Virus genome (UHGV): UHGV-0110025
DNA: 30,952 nucleotides
Source: a virus
Strand: one strand, 5' to 3'
The notes beneath the pieces were generated by a model. It saw only the letters and a program-made list of their open reading frames with translations. It made no database searches and was not told the origin of the DNA. This document shows, in pieces, positions 7,863-16,938 of this stretch (position 1 is its first letter; each line of letters starts with the position of its first letter). The translations under genes were made by a program, and so were the position numbers.

Positions 7863-8947
7863 TAAAATTAGATGCTAAAAGAATCACTGCACCGGAGGTC
7901 GGAGATTACTCGTGGTATTCTGACTTGGTGTATTTTGATGGACCACTGATTTGTTTATTTCGAGGAAGTGGCTATAAGGATGCTCTTTATGTTTGGCTTG
8001 ATAATTCAACCAGAGCCAACCGCTGGTGTTTAATACCTGTATCAAGGTCAACTTTAGATTCCTATCTTAATCAAAGAATGAGTCTAAGAGAAATCATACA
8101 ATCAAACGAATATGTTTATATTTGCAATCACTTTGCAGAAACAGGACGAAAAAATTATAGCCGTCTGAGCGTAGATGATTTCCCTGAGGAATATATGCCT
8201 GATGCTGACTCATATTTATATGAAGAAATATGCACCGATGACGCACTATTGTTAAAGCAAGAACGCACATCTAGCTATATGCTAGGACTGGACAACCAGT
8301 TGTTTATAAATGATTTATCAGAAATTCCAAAAATTTTCGAACAATTGTATTCTTTCCACTATGGACTTGCCCACTTGGGCAGAATTTCCATTAGAAATAC
8401 CATGCTGCGATTGATGGGTAGTTGGACTGGTGGATTCTCAGCAGTAAATATTTTCACTGGTTTAAAGAATGTCATTCCTGTCCTGCACCGCCCAGAAGTT
8501 AGCTCACTTCAATATAACTCCCCCGGACATATTGAATTGAACTTGCTTCCTGACTTGGCGCAGAGCGTTCAGGATGTATCTGTTCGTGTTGAAAATGAAT
8601 TTATTTATGACCGTTTAGAGAAAATCTATAAAAACAATTACACATACTTTAAAGATAAAGATCTATCAGGTTTTGATGAGGGTGGAGGAATTGAGTTAAG
8701 GAACATCGACTCTGAAACCACAGAAAATCTTCGTAAGCGTGTTAGAATTTTCTTTAGGTGTTTAGGTTGGAAAACCTATCAAGCGCAGTTTGATATGATC
8801 GGTGCCCATCCCTTGCAGCAGTTACGCGCAGTTATGGCGTATTACAGACGCCTGAAAACATTACGAGAATATATTGTGGCAGATAAATTATTCATTGGTC
8901 ATTCGCGAGTGCCGGTAGAGCAAATTACTGTGAATACTGAAAATTAG
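7859..8947 (+). CDS. Cargo gene 2 (362 aa), hypothetical protein, translationally coupled (ATGA overlap) to gene 1.
   Basis: Its start overlaps the stop of the upstream gene. Long low-GC ORF ending about 118 bp before cos. No recognised catalytic motif. Confidence 0.65.
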   Translation: MIKLDAKRITAPEVGDYSWYSDLVYFDGPLICLFRGSGYKDALYVWLDNSTRANRWCLIPVSRSTLDSYLNQRMSLREIIQSNEYVYICNHFAETGRKNYSRLSVDDFPEEYMPDADSYLYEEICTDDALLLKQERTSSYMLGLDNQLFINDLSEIPKIFEQLYSFHYGLAHLGRISIRNTMLRLMGSWTGGFSAVNIFTGLKNVIPVLHRPEVSSLQYNSPGHIELNLLPDLAQSVQDVSVRVENEFIYDRLEKIYKNNYTYFKDKDLSGFDEGGGIELRNIDSETTENLRKRVRIFFRCLGWKTYQAQFDMIGAHPLQQLRAVMAYYRRLKTLREYIVADKLFIGHSRVPVEQITVNTEN

Positions 8948-9064
8948 CTTTCTGCATGAGGATGCGTGAATCTGCATTATTTATTAATTCAACCCATAGA
9001 TACTGTAGGACGCAATAGGCATGGGCTTGAGACCAAAATGCAACTGCATTAAAACCGCCCCATT

Positions 9065-9200
9065 AAGCGGGTAGGCGTGGCGGGGAAAGCATTGCGCGCC
9101 AGCAGTGATGCGTAATAATAAAAATTATCCTCTGAGCGCGTCGTGATGGCGCTGTCGTGGTCGCTGCTGGTTCGTTGGTGGTCGGGTGTGTTCGTGCGCG
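9065..9200 (+). other. cos: Phage cos/packaging region. Putative 19-nt cohesive-end sequence GGCGTGGCGGGGAAAGCAT (9065-9083) followed by GC-rich terminase recognition sequence.
   Basis: Near-identity to the phage P2 left end as I recall it (GGCGAGGCGGGGAAAGCAC TGCGCGC...TCAGCGCGTCGTGACGGCAC). Here it reads ...GCATTGCGCGCC...TGAGCGCGTCGTGATGGCGC. Location between the end of the early region and portal Q matches P2. ORF-track ORFs 9049-9281 here are spurious. Confidence 0.6.
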
Positions 9201-9311
9201 TGAGACGCATCTGATGCGTGATGGTGGTGTGCATGGAAAAGCCACCAGGAGCAGCGGCTTTACAGGAGTGGCAGGATTCAAACTGCTAATTATGTTTCTA
9301 CTATGATTAAA

Positions 9312-10316
9312 CTAATTTACATGTATGTAGAGTTCACCGTCGCCAGACCAATCGGGACACTCTAAAACAAGCCCAAACTGCTTGAATATTTCATCAATGA
9401 TTATTGTTATCTCCCGAAAATCACCAAAACCTGTAATGTGCTGGTCATTAAACTTCCCATAAAGATTCTGAAAAGCAATGCCTAATTCTGATAATTGATA
9501 TCTTATCTTTGAGTTGGATAGTGTAAGGGATAGCTTTGGATCGTATTCTTTAATATTGATGTTTAGAGAATGGACATAACCCATCGCATAAGCATAAGAG
9601 TTGATGATTAGCCTGATACGTTTTTTTACTTCGAGATACATGTCATTCAGAGAAATATTACCGTACTTATAACCCCAGATGAGTTTTTCAATCTCGTCAG
9701 ATACTTCATTTACAACAGTGTCAAGATTCTCTAAAAATAAATCAATAGTTTCTTGAGGGGCAGACCCCGAAGACATGTAATTAGCGAGATATTCAGACCA
9801 TGCACGCGTGGCTGAGATAAGAAGCGCGCTACCATACTCGTTGACTGTAAAATTTTGGGCTAAGCATGTTAGTAAGTTTTTTTCATGTACGTGCACTAAT
9901 TCATGGTGAATGCGATGGATGACTGCGAGGTATCCTTCTTCTTTCAGTTTTAAGAAGCTACCATCATTGAAAAGCTCAACAAAAAAATCAATCGATAGCA
10001 CAAGGGTATATTCTTCACATAGCCCATCATTGCCAATTTTTGTTACTAACTGCCCGACGGCTGCGCCCTGTTTGCTATTGGTAAATGAACTAGGGGATTT
10101 GTGTTGGTAAGAGGATGTTACCTTTTGAAGAGCTTCACTGAAGTTATAGGAAACAATCACGCATTTTAATTTGGAGATATCAAGATTGAGATTTTTTGTT
10201 AAAGCTCGGATAGCTTCTAGTGTGAAATTACCGATATTATTTGCTTCTTGCTCAGTAGCGAAACCTTCGAGGGTTATTTTAAAATCAGTTTCCAAAATAT
10301 TAATCTCCGCGCCCAT
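9312..10316 (-). CDS. Cargo gene (334 aa), putative zinc metallopeptidase-like protein with an HExxH motif. Low GC. Inserted between cos and Q, co-oriented with the late P-Q transcript.
   Basis: Motif IHRIHHELVHVHEKN (HELVH = HExxH, extra His/Glu nearby, possible third ligand in VNEYG about 20 aa downstream). P2 has only about 100-150 bp between cos and Q, so this is an insertion. Confidence 0.6.
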   Translation of the reverse strand: MGAEINILETDFKITLEGFATEQEANNIGNFTLEAIRALTKNLNLDISKLKCVIVSYNFSEALQKVTSSYQHKSPSSFTNSKQGAAVGQLVTKIGNDGLCEEYTLVLSIDFFVELFNDGSFLKLKEEGYLAVIHRIHHELVHVHEKNLLTCLAQNFTVNEYGSALLISATRAWSEYLANYMSSGSAPQETIDLFLENLDTVVNEVSDEIEKLIWGYKYGNISLNDMYLEVKKRIRLIINSYAYAMGYVHSLNINIKEYDPKLSLTLSNSKIRYQLSELGIAFQNLYGKFNDQHITGFGDFREITIIIDEIFKQFGLVLECPDWSGDGELYIHVN

Positions 10317-10393
10317 TGTTTTGATATTCGATGCACTATAGCTTTCGCAGATTGCATCTTCAATAATGAGCGCAGAGATTGTGGCGGCCTAAG

Positions 10394-11440
10394 TTATTCT
10401 GGGTTGTCGAGGGTGTACTCTTTGAACCTGATGACCTCCATACCGAGCCAGTCGTTTACCTCCCTGAACCTATCCTGCAGGGGTGACAGCTCATTACGCA
10501 CAAATACCTTTGCCACCTTCTCAACGTCACCGAGTGAACCGATATTCTCGGGCTTGCCGCCCATGAGCTGGAACGGTACGCGGTGCGCGTCCATCAGATC
10601 GGCGGCACTGGCCTTCTTGATGTTGAAAAAGTCATCCTTTGTGGCGACCTCGCTCAGTGGCACGATTTTGATGCCGTCCGGTTTTCCGCCGGGAGCGTAG
10701 AAAAACAGGTTCTTAAAGTTGCCGAGCCCTTTTGAGTTGCGCATCGCCTCGCGCAGCGATTCGACGTCGGTCGCGCTCTGCGCCGGGTCAGTCACATACA
10801 TGATGTAACCCGCGTGCGCGCCGTTCTGATAATACTTGCGGCGGAACAGCGTCGCGGATTCATTCAGCCAGGCGGAATTTAGCGCGCTGAGATATTCGGG
10901 CAGGCCGTAAATCTCCTGATTAATGTCGGGCTCCAGCAGGTGAAACACGGTATCAGGCGCGAACTCGTGCGGCTGGGTGAAGTTTTCCACAAACCAGAAA
11001 ATCGAATCGTCGACTCCGCGTCGGGTGTATTTGGCTGGCGAGGCCAGCAGTTTGATTAACTGGCCGGTGACGCTGTGGCGCTGCTCAAGAAAGGCGTTAC
11101 CGAACACCAGATAATCGAGCGCAAAGCGGCTGAAATCCTGACGGGATAACAACGGGTGCGGAATGTAGGTGCTCGCGAGCACGTTACGCTTAACATAAAT
11201 TGGCGAGCTGTGATGCACGGCAGAGCGCAGGCTCTTTGCCAGCCCTGAGAAGCTGACCGGCGGCTCGTACCATTTGCCGTTACTGATGCACTCGACGTAA
11301 TCCAGAATGTCGCGCTTATCGAGTACCGGCACCGGCTCGCCGAAGGTGAACGCTGTCGTTTTTGGCGGTGCGCTGGCGGTCAGTTGTTGTGGTTTGCTGG
11401 CCTTTTGTGCGTTGGCTTTACGGGATTTTTGTTTACCCAT
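10394..11440 (-). CDS. Q: Portal protein gpQ.
   Basis: AFTFGEPVPVLDKRDILDYVECISNGKWYEPPVSFSGLAKSLRSAVHHSSPIYVKRNVL closely matches P2 Q. It is adjacent to cos. Confidence 0.92.
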   Translation of the reverse strand: MGKQKSRKANAQKASKPQQLTASAPPKTTAFTFGEPVPVLDKRDILDYVECISNGKWYEPPVSFSGLAKSLRSAVHHSSPIYVKRNVLASTYIPHPLLSRQDFSRFALDYLVFGNAFLEQRHSVTGQLIKLLASPAKYTRRGVDDSIFWFVENFTQPHEFAPDTVFHLLEPDINQEIYGLPEYLSALNSAWLNESATLFRRKYYQNGAHAGYIMYVTDPAQSATDVESLREAMRNSKGLGNFKNLFFYAPGGKPDGIKIVPLSEVATKDDFFNIKKASAADLMDAHRVPFQLMGGKPENIGSLGDVEKVAKVFVRNELSPLQDRFREVNDWLGMEVIRFKEYTLDNPE

Positions 11441-11441
11441 T

Positions 11442-13211
11442 TTAGTTGAACTCCAGAATAGATTTAGGCTGCATGCCGCTACCGGCAGAAAGCGGTTCGT
11501 TTAACAGGGCGTGCATGGTCGCCCATGCGATATCGGCGTGGCTGGCTTCCTCGGTGCGGCTGGCCTCATAGGTGGCGCTGCGCCCGCTGCTGGTCATGGT
11601 TTTGCGGATGGACATAAACGACTGCGTGACGTCGGTTGCTCCGGCGTCGTACTCCAGACAGCCACGGCGAATGGTGTCTTTCGCCTTGAGTACCATTGCG
11701 GTTTTCATTTCAGGTGTGTAACGGATGCCGCGTGCCGCCGGGTAAAATGAGCGCACCAGCTGGAACACGCCGAGACCGAGGCCGGTTGCGTCAATGCCGA
11801 TGTATTCGACGTTGTATTTCTCGGTCAGCTTGCGGATGCCCTCTGCCTGTGCTGCAAAATCCATGCCCTTCCACTGGTGGCGCTCCAGCATGCGGAACTT
11901 GCCACCAGAGACCACCGGCGGCGCGAGCACGACGCACCCGGCACTGTCGCCGGTGTGTGACGGGTCGTAGCCAATCCAGACAGGACGAGAGCCGAACGGA
12001 TGGTCGGCGAACGGGGCAAAGTCCTCCCATTCCTCCATCACATCGACCATGCAGCGCTGCAGCTCCTCGAACGGGAATACCGACGCTTTATCGTCGACAA
12101 ACTCGCACATAAACAGGTTCTTAAAGTCCTCATCACTGTTTTCGCGTTTGAGCTGGTCGAGGTCGAACAGGGTGCAGCCACCCGCAAGGGCGTCCTCAAT
12201 GGTGACAATCTGCCGCCACTGGCCATCGTCGCAGAGCTGGCCACCGGCGAGCGCGCTGTGACTGATGTCGATTTCGATGCGGTCGGCAATCCGGCTGCGC
12301 CCCTTGTTGAACAGCTCGCCAGACCAGAAGGGGTAAGCGCCGTGCGCCAGCGTGGAAGGTGTCGAAAAATAGGTCGAGCGCAGGTGCTTTTGCGAGGCCA
12401 TGCCCGAGGCGACTTTGCGCAGTTTCTGAAAATTCGGGATCCAGAATATTTCATCGACATACAGATCGCCGTTATGGCTCTGCGCGGTGTTGGAATTGGT
12501 ACCGAGAAAAATCAGTTTTGCGCCGTTGTTACCGATGACAATCGGGTCGCCAGTCAGGTCAACGTCGACCAGTCGCGCAAACTGGATGATGTATTCGCGG
12601 AACACGTAAGCCTGCGTTTTACTGGCTGATAAAAATATCTGGTTATGGCCGGTTTTGAGTGCGCGCAGCAGTGCCTCGCGGGAGAAATAGAATGTCGCGC
12701 CAATCTGGCGGGATTTGAGAATGTCACGAATACGGTGCTCCAGTCCTGCGCGGTACCACTGCAACTGGTACTCGAAAGACTGGTCGAAAAATAATTCCTC
12801 TAGTTTATCGATAGCCTCGTCGCTGAAAAAATTCTTTTTCGGCTTTTTGCGCTCCCCTTTGTTGCGGTTGGCGACGTTGGGGTTAAGGTCGGCTTCGTTG
12901 CCGGTCTGGCTGTAGCGGTTGACTCGCGCCAACCGTTCAATCTGCCGTCCGAGCAGGTCAATCTCTTTGAAATCACCCCCTGTCTTTTGCGGCTTGGCGA
13001 TGAGCTGAATCAGCCTAGCCTCAAGGCTGCTTTCAACGCGGGAAATCGGCGCGATGCCGTCCCAGCCGTCGCGCTGCTTCCAGCTCTGCACGGTCGGGCG
13101 CTTGACCTGCAGCATTTCGGCAATCTGTGGCACGGAAAAACCCTGCCAGTAAAGCAGCGATGCCTGCCGTCGCGGGTCATGCAACAAGGTTGTATCGGTG
13201 GAAATGGTCAT
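11442..13211 (-). CDS. P: Terminase large subunit (ATPase/nuclease) gpP.
   Basis: N-terminus PRRQASLLYWQGFSVPQIAEMLQVKRPTVQSWKQRDGWD is the P2 gpP signature. 589 aa. Divergent from O as in P2. Confidence 0.92.
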   Translation of the reverse strand: MTISTDTTLLHDPRRQASLLYWQGFSVPQIAEMLQVKRPTVQSWKQRDGWDGIAPISRVESSLEARLIQLIAKPQKTGGDFKEIDLLGRQIERLARVNRYSQTGNEADLNPNVANRNKGERKKPKKNFFSDEAIDKLEELFFDQSFEYQLQWYRAGLEHRIRDILKSRQIGATFYFSREALLRALKTGHNQIFLSASKTQAYVFREYIIQFARLVDVDLTGDPIVIGNNGAKLIFLGTNSNTAQSHNGDLYVDEIFWIPNFQKLRKVASGMASQKHLRSTYFSTPSTLAHGAYPFWSGELFNKGRSRIADRIEIDISHSALAGGQLCDDGQWRQIVTIEDALAGGCTLFDLDQLKRENSDEDFKNLFMCEFVDDKASVFPFEELQRCMVDVMEEWEDFAPFADHPFGSRPVWIGYDPSHTGDSAGCVVLAPPVVSGGKFRMLERHQWKGMDFAAQAEGIRKLTEKYNVEYIGIDATGLGLGVFQLVRSFYPAARGIRYTPEMKTAMVLKAKDTIRRGCLEYDAGATDVTQSFMSIRKTMTSSGRSATYEASRTEEASHADIAWATMHALLNEPLSAGSGMQPKSILEFN

Positions 13212-13376
13212 TGATGCCTCGCCGTAGTGGATTCAGGGCAAGGCTACTTAATGGCCGTCAGTGATTCGCTAAGGTGCTGTTGTGTGGGCGGTTGTCCAGT
13301 CGTCATTGGTGGTCTGGCGTGTCCTGAGTCTGGAAACTGGCGGTGACCAGTAACCTCAACCTCAGGACTCCTGACA

Positions 13377-14231
13377 ATGGCAAAAAAAGTCTCAAAATTC
13401 TTTCGCATCGGCGTCGAGGGTGACACCTGCGACGGCCGCATTATCAGCGGCAACGATATTCAGGAAATGGCCGAATCGTTTGACCCTCGCGTCTACGGTT
13501 GCCGCATTAACCTTGAGCATATTCGCGGTCTCTTTCCTGATGGCGACTTCAAACGCTTAGGCGATGTGGTTGAACTGAAAGCTGAAATAATTGACGACGA
13601 TTCTGCGCTTAACGGCAAATGGGCGTTGTTCGCCAGAATCACCCCAACCGACGACCTGATTGCGATGAATAAAAAATTGCAGAAGGTCTACACCTCAATG
13701 GAAATTCAGCCGAATTTTGCCAATACCGGCAAATGCTACCTCGTCGGCCTTGCTGTCACCGATGACCCGGCGAGCCTCGGCACTGAATACCTCGAATTCT
13801 GCCGCAACGCGAAGCACAACCCTCTGCAGCGCTTTAAGGCCAACCCTGAAAACGTTTTTTCCGCTGCCACGCTGGCCGAACTGGAATTTGAAGACGTTCC
13901 CGATACGGTGCTAAACAGCCTGGCAGATAAGGTGAAAGCCATTTTCAGCCGTAAGCAGGTCAGCGACGATGCGCGCCTGAATGATGTGCATGAAGCGGTG
14001 AGCACCGTCAGCGAGCATGTGCAGACCAACCTCACTGCGCAGGATAAGCGTCTTTCCGCTATGGAAGCCGCGCTTACCACCTTTAAACAGGAACTGACCG
14101 GCAAGATTGAAGAAACCAGCCAGGCATTTTCCGCCCTGAAAGCCACCCTCGACAAAACCGAAAGTTTCAGCCAGCCGCGACGCACGAAAGCCAGCGGCGG
14201 TGGTGGCGATGAGCTGCTGACCGACTGCTGA
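13377..14231 (+). CDS. O: Capsid scaffolding protein gpO.
   Basis: Position and size (284 aa) match, with a coiled-coil-rich C-terminus. First gene of the rightward late operon divergent from P. Confidence 0.88.
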   Translation: MAKKVSKFFRIGVEGDTCDGRIISGNDIQEMAESFDPRVYGCRINLEHIRGLFPDGDFKRLGDVVELKAEIIDDDSALNGKWALFARITPTDDLIAMNKKLQKVYTSMEIQPNFANTGKCYLVGLAVTDDPASLGTEYLEFCRNAKHNPLQRFKANPENVFSAATLAELEFEDVPDTVLNSLADKVKAIFSRKQVSDDARLNDVHEAVSTVSEHVQTNLTAQDKRLSAMEAALTTFKQELTGKIEETSQAFSALKATLDKTESFSQPRRTKASGGGGDELLTDC

Positions 14232-14307
14232 TAAACCGCAGACCAGAAACCGGGCGGTAACTCCGCCCGATGCAGTGACTAACCGATAAATTCAAACAGG
14301 AAATACT

Positions 14308-15375
14308 ATGCGCCCGGAAACCCGTTTTAAGTTCAATGCCTATCTGACCCGCGTCGCTGAGCTGAACGGCATCAGCACTGATGACGTCAGTAAAAAATTC
14401 ACCGTCGAGCCGTCCGTCACGCAAACGCTGATGAACAAAGTGCAGGAGTCATCCGCGTTTCTGCAGACGATTAACATTCTGCCGGTTGCAGAAATGAAGG
14501 GTGAGAAAATCGGCGTCGGTGTGACCGGTACTATCGCCAGCACGACCGACACCTCGGGCGATGATGAGCGTAAGACCGCAGACTTCACCGCGCTTGAGTC
14601 CAACAAGTACGAGTGCGACCAGATTAACTTTGACTTCCATCTGAAATATAAAACCCTCGACCTGTGGGCGCGTTTTCAGGACTTTCAGCGCCGCATCCGT
14701 GACGCCATTGTTAAGCGTCAGGCGCTCGATTTCATCATGGCCGGTTTTAACGGTACCACCCGCGCCGCCACCTCTGACCGCACCAAAAATCCGATGCTGC
14801 AGGATGTAGCCGTCGGCTGGCTGCAGAAATACCGCAACGAAGCCCCGACGCGTGTGATGAGCAATATCACCGATGCTGACGGTAAGGTCGTTTCGGCAGT
14901 GATTCGCGTCGGTAAAAACGGCGACTATGAGAACCTCGACGCGCTGGTGATGGATGCTACCAACAACCTGATTGACGAGGTTTATCAGGATGACCCGAAA
15001 CTCGTTGCCATCGTTGGCCGTAAGCTGCTGGCCGACAAATATTTCCCGCTGGTGAACAAGCCGCAAGAAAACAGCGAAGCGCTCGCGGCAGATATCATCA
15101 TCAGCCAGAAGCGAATCGGCAACCTGCCTGCTGTGCGTGTGCCGTACTTCCCGGCGAATGCCGTGTTAGTGACAACGCTGGAAAACCTCTCTATCTATTT
15201 CATGGATGAGAGCCACCGCCGCAGCATTGATGAAAACCCGAAAAAAGACCGCGTGGAAAACTACGAGTCAATGAATATCGACTATGTGGTCGAGGCGTAT
15301 GCCGCCGGGTGTCTGCTGGAAAACATCACCCTGGGCGATTTCACCGCACCTGCAGCACCGGAAAGCGGAGAGTAA
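14308..15375 (+). CDS. N: Major capsid protein gpN.
   Basis: 355 aa, P2 N-like sequence (MRPETRFKFNAYLTRVAELNGI...). Synteny O-N-M. Confidence 0.92.
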   Translation: MRPETRFKFNAYLTRVAELNGISTDDVSKKFTVEPSVTQTLMNKVQESSAFLQTINILPVAEMKGEKIGVGVTGTIASTTDTSGDDERKTADFTALESNKYECDQINFDFHLKYKTLDLWARFQDFQRRIRDAIVKRQALDFIMAGFNGTTRAATSDRTKNPMLQDVAVGWLQKYRNEAPTRVMSNITDADGKVVSAVIRVGKNGDYENLDALVMDATNNLIDEVYQDDPKLVAIVGRKLLADKYFPLVNKPQENSEALAADIIISQKRIGNLPAVRVPYFPANAVLVTTLENLSIYFMDESHRRSIDENPKKDRVENYESMNIDYVVEAYAAGCLLENITLGDFTAPAAPESGE

Positions 15376-15379
15376 GCCC

Positions 15380-16129
15380 ATGACGAGCCCCGCACAGCGT
15401 CACATGATGCGGGTCTCGGCCTCTCAAGCCGCGCAGCGGGAACAAGCCCCGCTGCGCCATGCAACCGCCTACGAGCAGATGCTGGTAAAGCTGGCCGATG
15501 ACCGCCGCACGTTGAAAACCATCCGTTCAAACGAACTGAAAGCCGCGAAAAAGCGTGAGCTGCTGCCGTTCTATGCGCCGTGGGTCGCCGGTGTGCTGGC
15601 TGATGGCCGTGGTGCGCAGGATGACATTCTGATGACAGTCATGCTGTGGCGTCTCGATGCCGGTGATATCGCTGGCGCGCTGGAAATTGCGCCATACGCG
15701 CTGAAGTACGGCCTCACCTCTGACTATCGCCGCACGACACCTTACATGCTGGTTGAGGAGGTGGCGCTTGCCGCGCTGCGCCTGCGCGATGCCGGTGAGC
15801 CTGTCGACCTCGCATTACTGCTGACCACCCTTAGCCTGACCGACGGCGCTGACGTTCCCGATATGGTGCGCGCTCGACTGCATAAGGTGACCGGTCTAAC
15901 CCTGCGCGATGCCGGTCAGAGCGCCGAAGCACTGGCACAGTTTCAGCGCGCGATGCAGCTCGACCGCAATGCCGGTGTGCGCAAAGAGATTGAGCGACTG
16001 GAGCGGGCATTGAAGCCTAAGCCCGATGCCGCGCCCCGTAAAACGACTAAACCGCGCACGCGCAAACCTGCCACCAAACCGGCGGCAAAGCGCGGGCGTC
16101 CACCAAAGGCGGTAAAAACCGCCGGTTAA
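15380..16129 (+). CDS. M: Terminase small subunit gpM. Start at MTSPAQRHMMRVSA, not the overlapping upstream ATG of the ORF track.
   Basis: MTSPAQRHMMRVS...APLRHATAYEQMLVKLADDRRTLK...KKRELLPFYAPWVAGVL matches the P2 gpM N-terminus. Basic Lys/Arg/Pro-rich C-terminal tail. Confidence 0.85.
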   Translation: MTSPAQRHMMRVSASQAAQREQAPLRHATAYEQMLVKLADDRRTLKTIRSNELKAAKKRELLPFYAPWVAGVLADGRGAQDDILMTVMLWRLDAGDIAGALEIAPYALKYGLTSDYRRTTPYMLVEEVALAALRLRDAGEPVDLALLLTTLSLTDGADVPDMVRARLHKVTGLTLRDAGQSAEALAQFQRAMQLDRNAGVRKEIERLERALKPKPDAAPRKTTKPRTRKPATKPAAKRGRPPKAVKTAG

Positions 16130-16222
16130 CTGAACGCTCCCCGAGCCGGGCGGCACGCCGGTCAAAGCGGGTTTTGACCCTGACGGCGACCGGCGTCCAC
16201 CGCCCAACCTAATGAGGTTGTC

Positions 16223-16732
16223 ATGACGACAGTAATACTGAATCAGCCCGACGAACCGCAGGACGTACCGGGCGTGGTGATTCCCGCACCGGAGACGGGC
16301 GACGCAGTGATTAAAAACACGTTCTTTTTCCCTGATGTGGATCCGAAGCGGGTGCGCGAGCTGATGCGCCTTGAGCAGACGGTTTCCGATGCGCGCCTGC
16401 GCAACGCCATCAAGACCGGCATGGCGGAAACCAATGCGGAGCTTTACGACTACCGGCTGCGCCAGATTGCCGCAGGGTTTAAGACACTGGCCGACGTGCC
16501 TGACGCCGAGGAAATCGACGGCGAGAATGTGCGCGTTTTCCACTACCTCAGCGCCGTGACGGCGATGGCGACCGCCACCCTGTATGAGCGTTATCGCGGG
16601 GTTGAGGCCACCGGCAAGGGTGACAAAAAAGCCGACAGCGTCGAAACCACCATTGATGACCTGTGGCGGGATATGCGCTGGTCGGTCTCGCGCCTGCAGG
16701 ATAAGCCGCGCTGCATCGTGGGTCAGCTCTGA
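16223..16732 (+). CDS. L: Head completion/stabilisation protein gpL.
   Basis: VIKNTFFFPDVDPKRVRELMRLEQTVSDARLRNAIKTGMAETNAELYDY...KPRCIVGQL matches P2 L. Confidence 0.88.
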   Translation: MTTVILNQPDEPQDVPGVVIPAPETGDAVIKNTFFFPDVDPKRVRELMRLEQTVSDARLRNAIKTGMAETNAELYDYRLRQIAAGFKTLADVPDAEEIDGENVRVFHYLSAVTAMATATLYERYRGVEATGKGDKKADSVETTIDDLWRDMRWSVSRLQDKPRCIVGQL

Positions 16733-16935
16733 TGAAAGTCTACGCGATGCAGGGCGACACCATCGACGCGCTTTGCGCCCGGTATTACGGGCGCACTGAG
16801 GGCGTGGTCGAGGCTGTGCTGCAGGCTAATCCCGGTCTGTCTGAGCTGGGCGTCATTCTGCCGCATGGCACGGCAATTGACCTGCCCGACGTGGCATCGT
16901 CACCCGTAACAGAAACTATCAACCTTTGGGAGTAA
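16732..16935 (+). CDS. X: Tail protein X (LysM-like).
   Basis: 67 aa (MKVYAMQGDTIDALCARYYGRTEGVVEAVLQANPGL) matches P2 gpX. Start overlaps the L stop. Confidence 0.8.
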   Translation: MKVYAMQGDTIDALCARYYGRTEGVVEAVLQANPGLSELGVILPHGTAIDLPDVASSPVTETINLWE

Positions 16936-16938
16936 ACC

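Noticed and set aside
7859-8947. Possibility that the 362-aa cargo protein is a retron-type reverse transcriptase with the GC-rich 9050-9280 region as msr/msd
   Set aside because: There is no RT motif (no YxDD box. ICTDD is not embedded in RT-like motifs A-E, and there is no QGxxxSP). The GC-rich region is better explained as the cos site.
9049-9281. Two overlapping minus-strand ORFs (61 and 72 aa) in a GC-rich stretch
   Set aside because: They coincide with the non-coding cos/terminase recognition region conserved with the P2 terminus. They are not genes.
11511-12629. Several 79-209 aa ORFs on the plus strand and alternative minus frames overlapping terminase gene P
   Set aside because: They are antisense or out-of-frame shadows of the strongly supported gpP coding frame. 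They are Arg/Ala/Pro-rich, which is typical of a GC-rich non-coding frame.
13212-13376. Ogr/Delta-dependent late promoters (TGT-N12-ACA dyad) in the P/O divergent region and upstream of V and FI
   Set aside because: I could not find a convincing TGT-N12-ACA match by eye in any of the three intergenic regions. Only near-misses (for example TGT-N10-ACA upstream of V) were seen. Late promoters almost certainly exist here but are not called.
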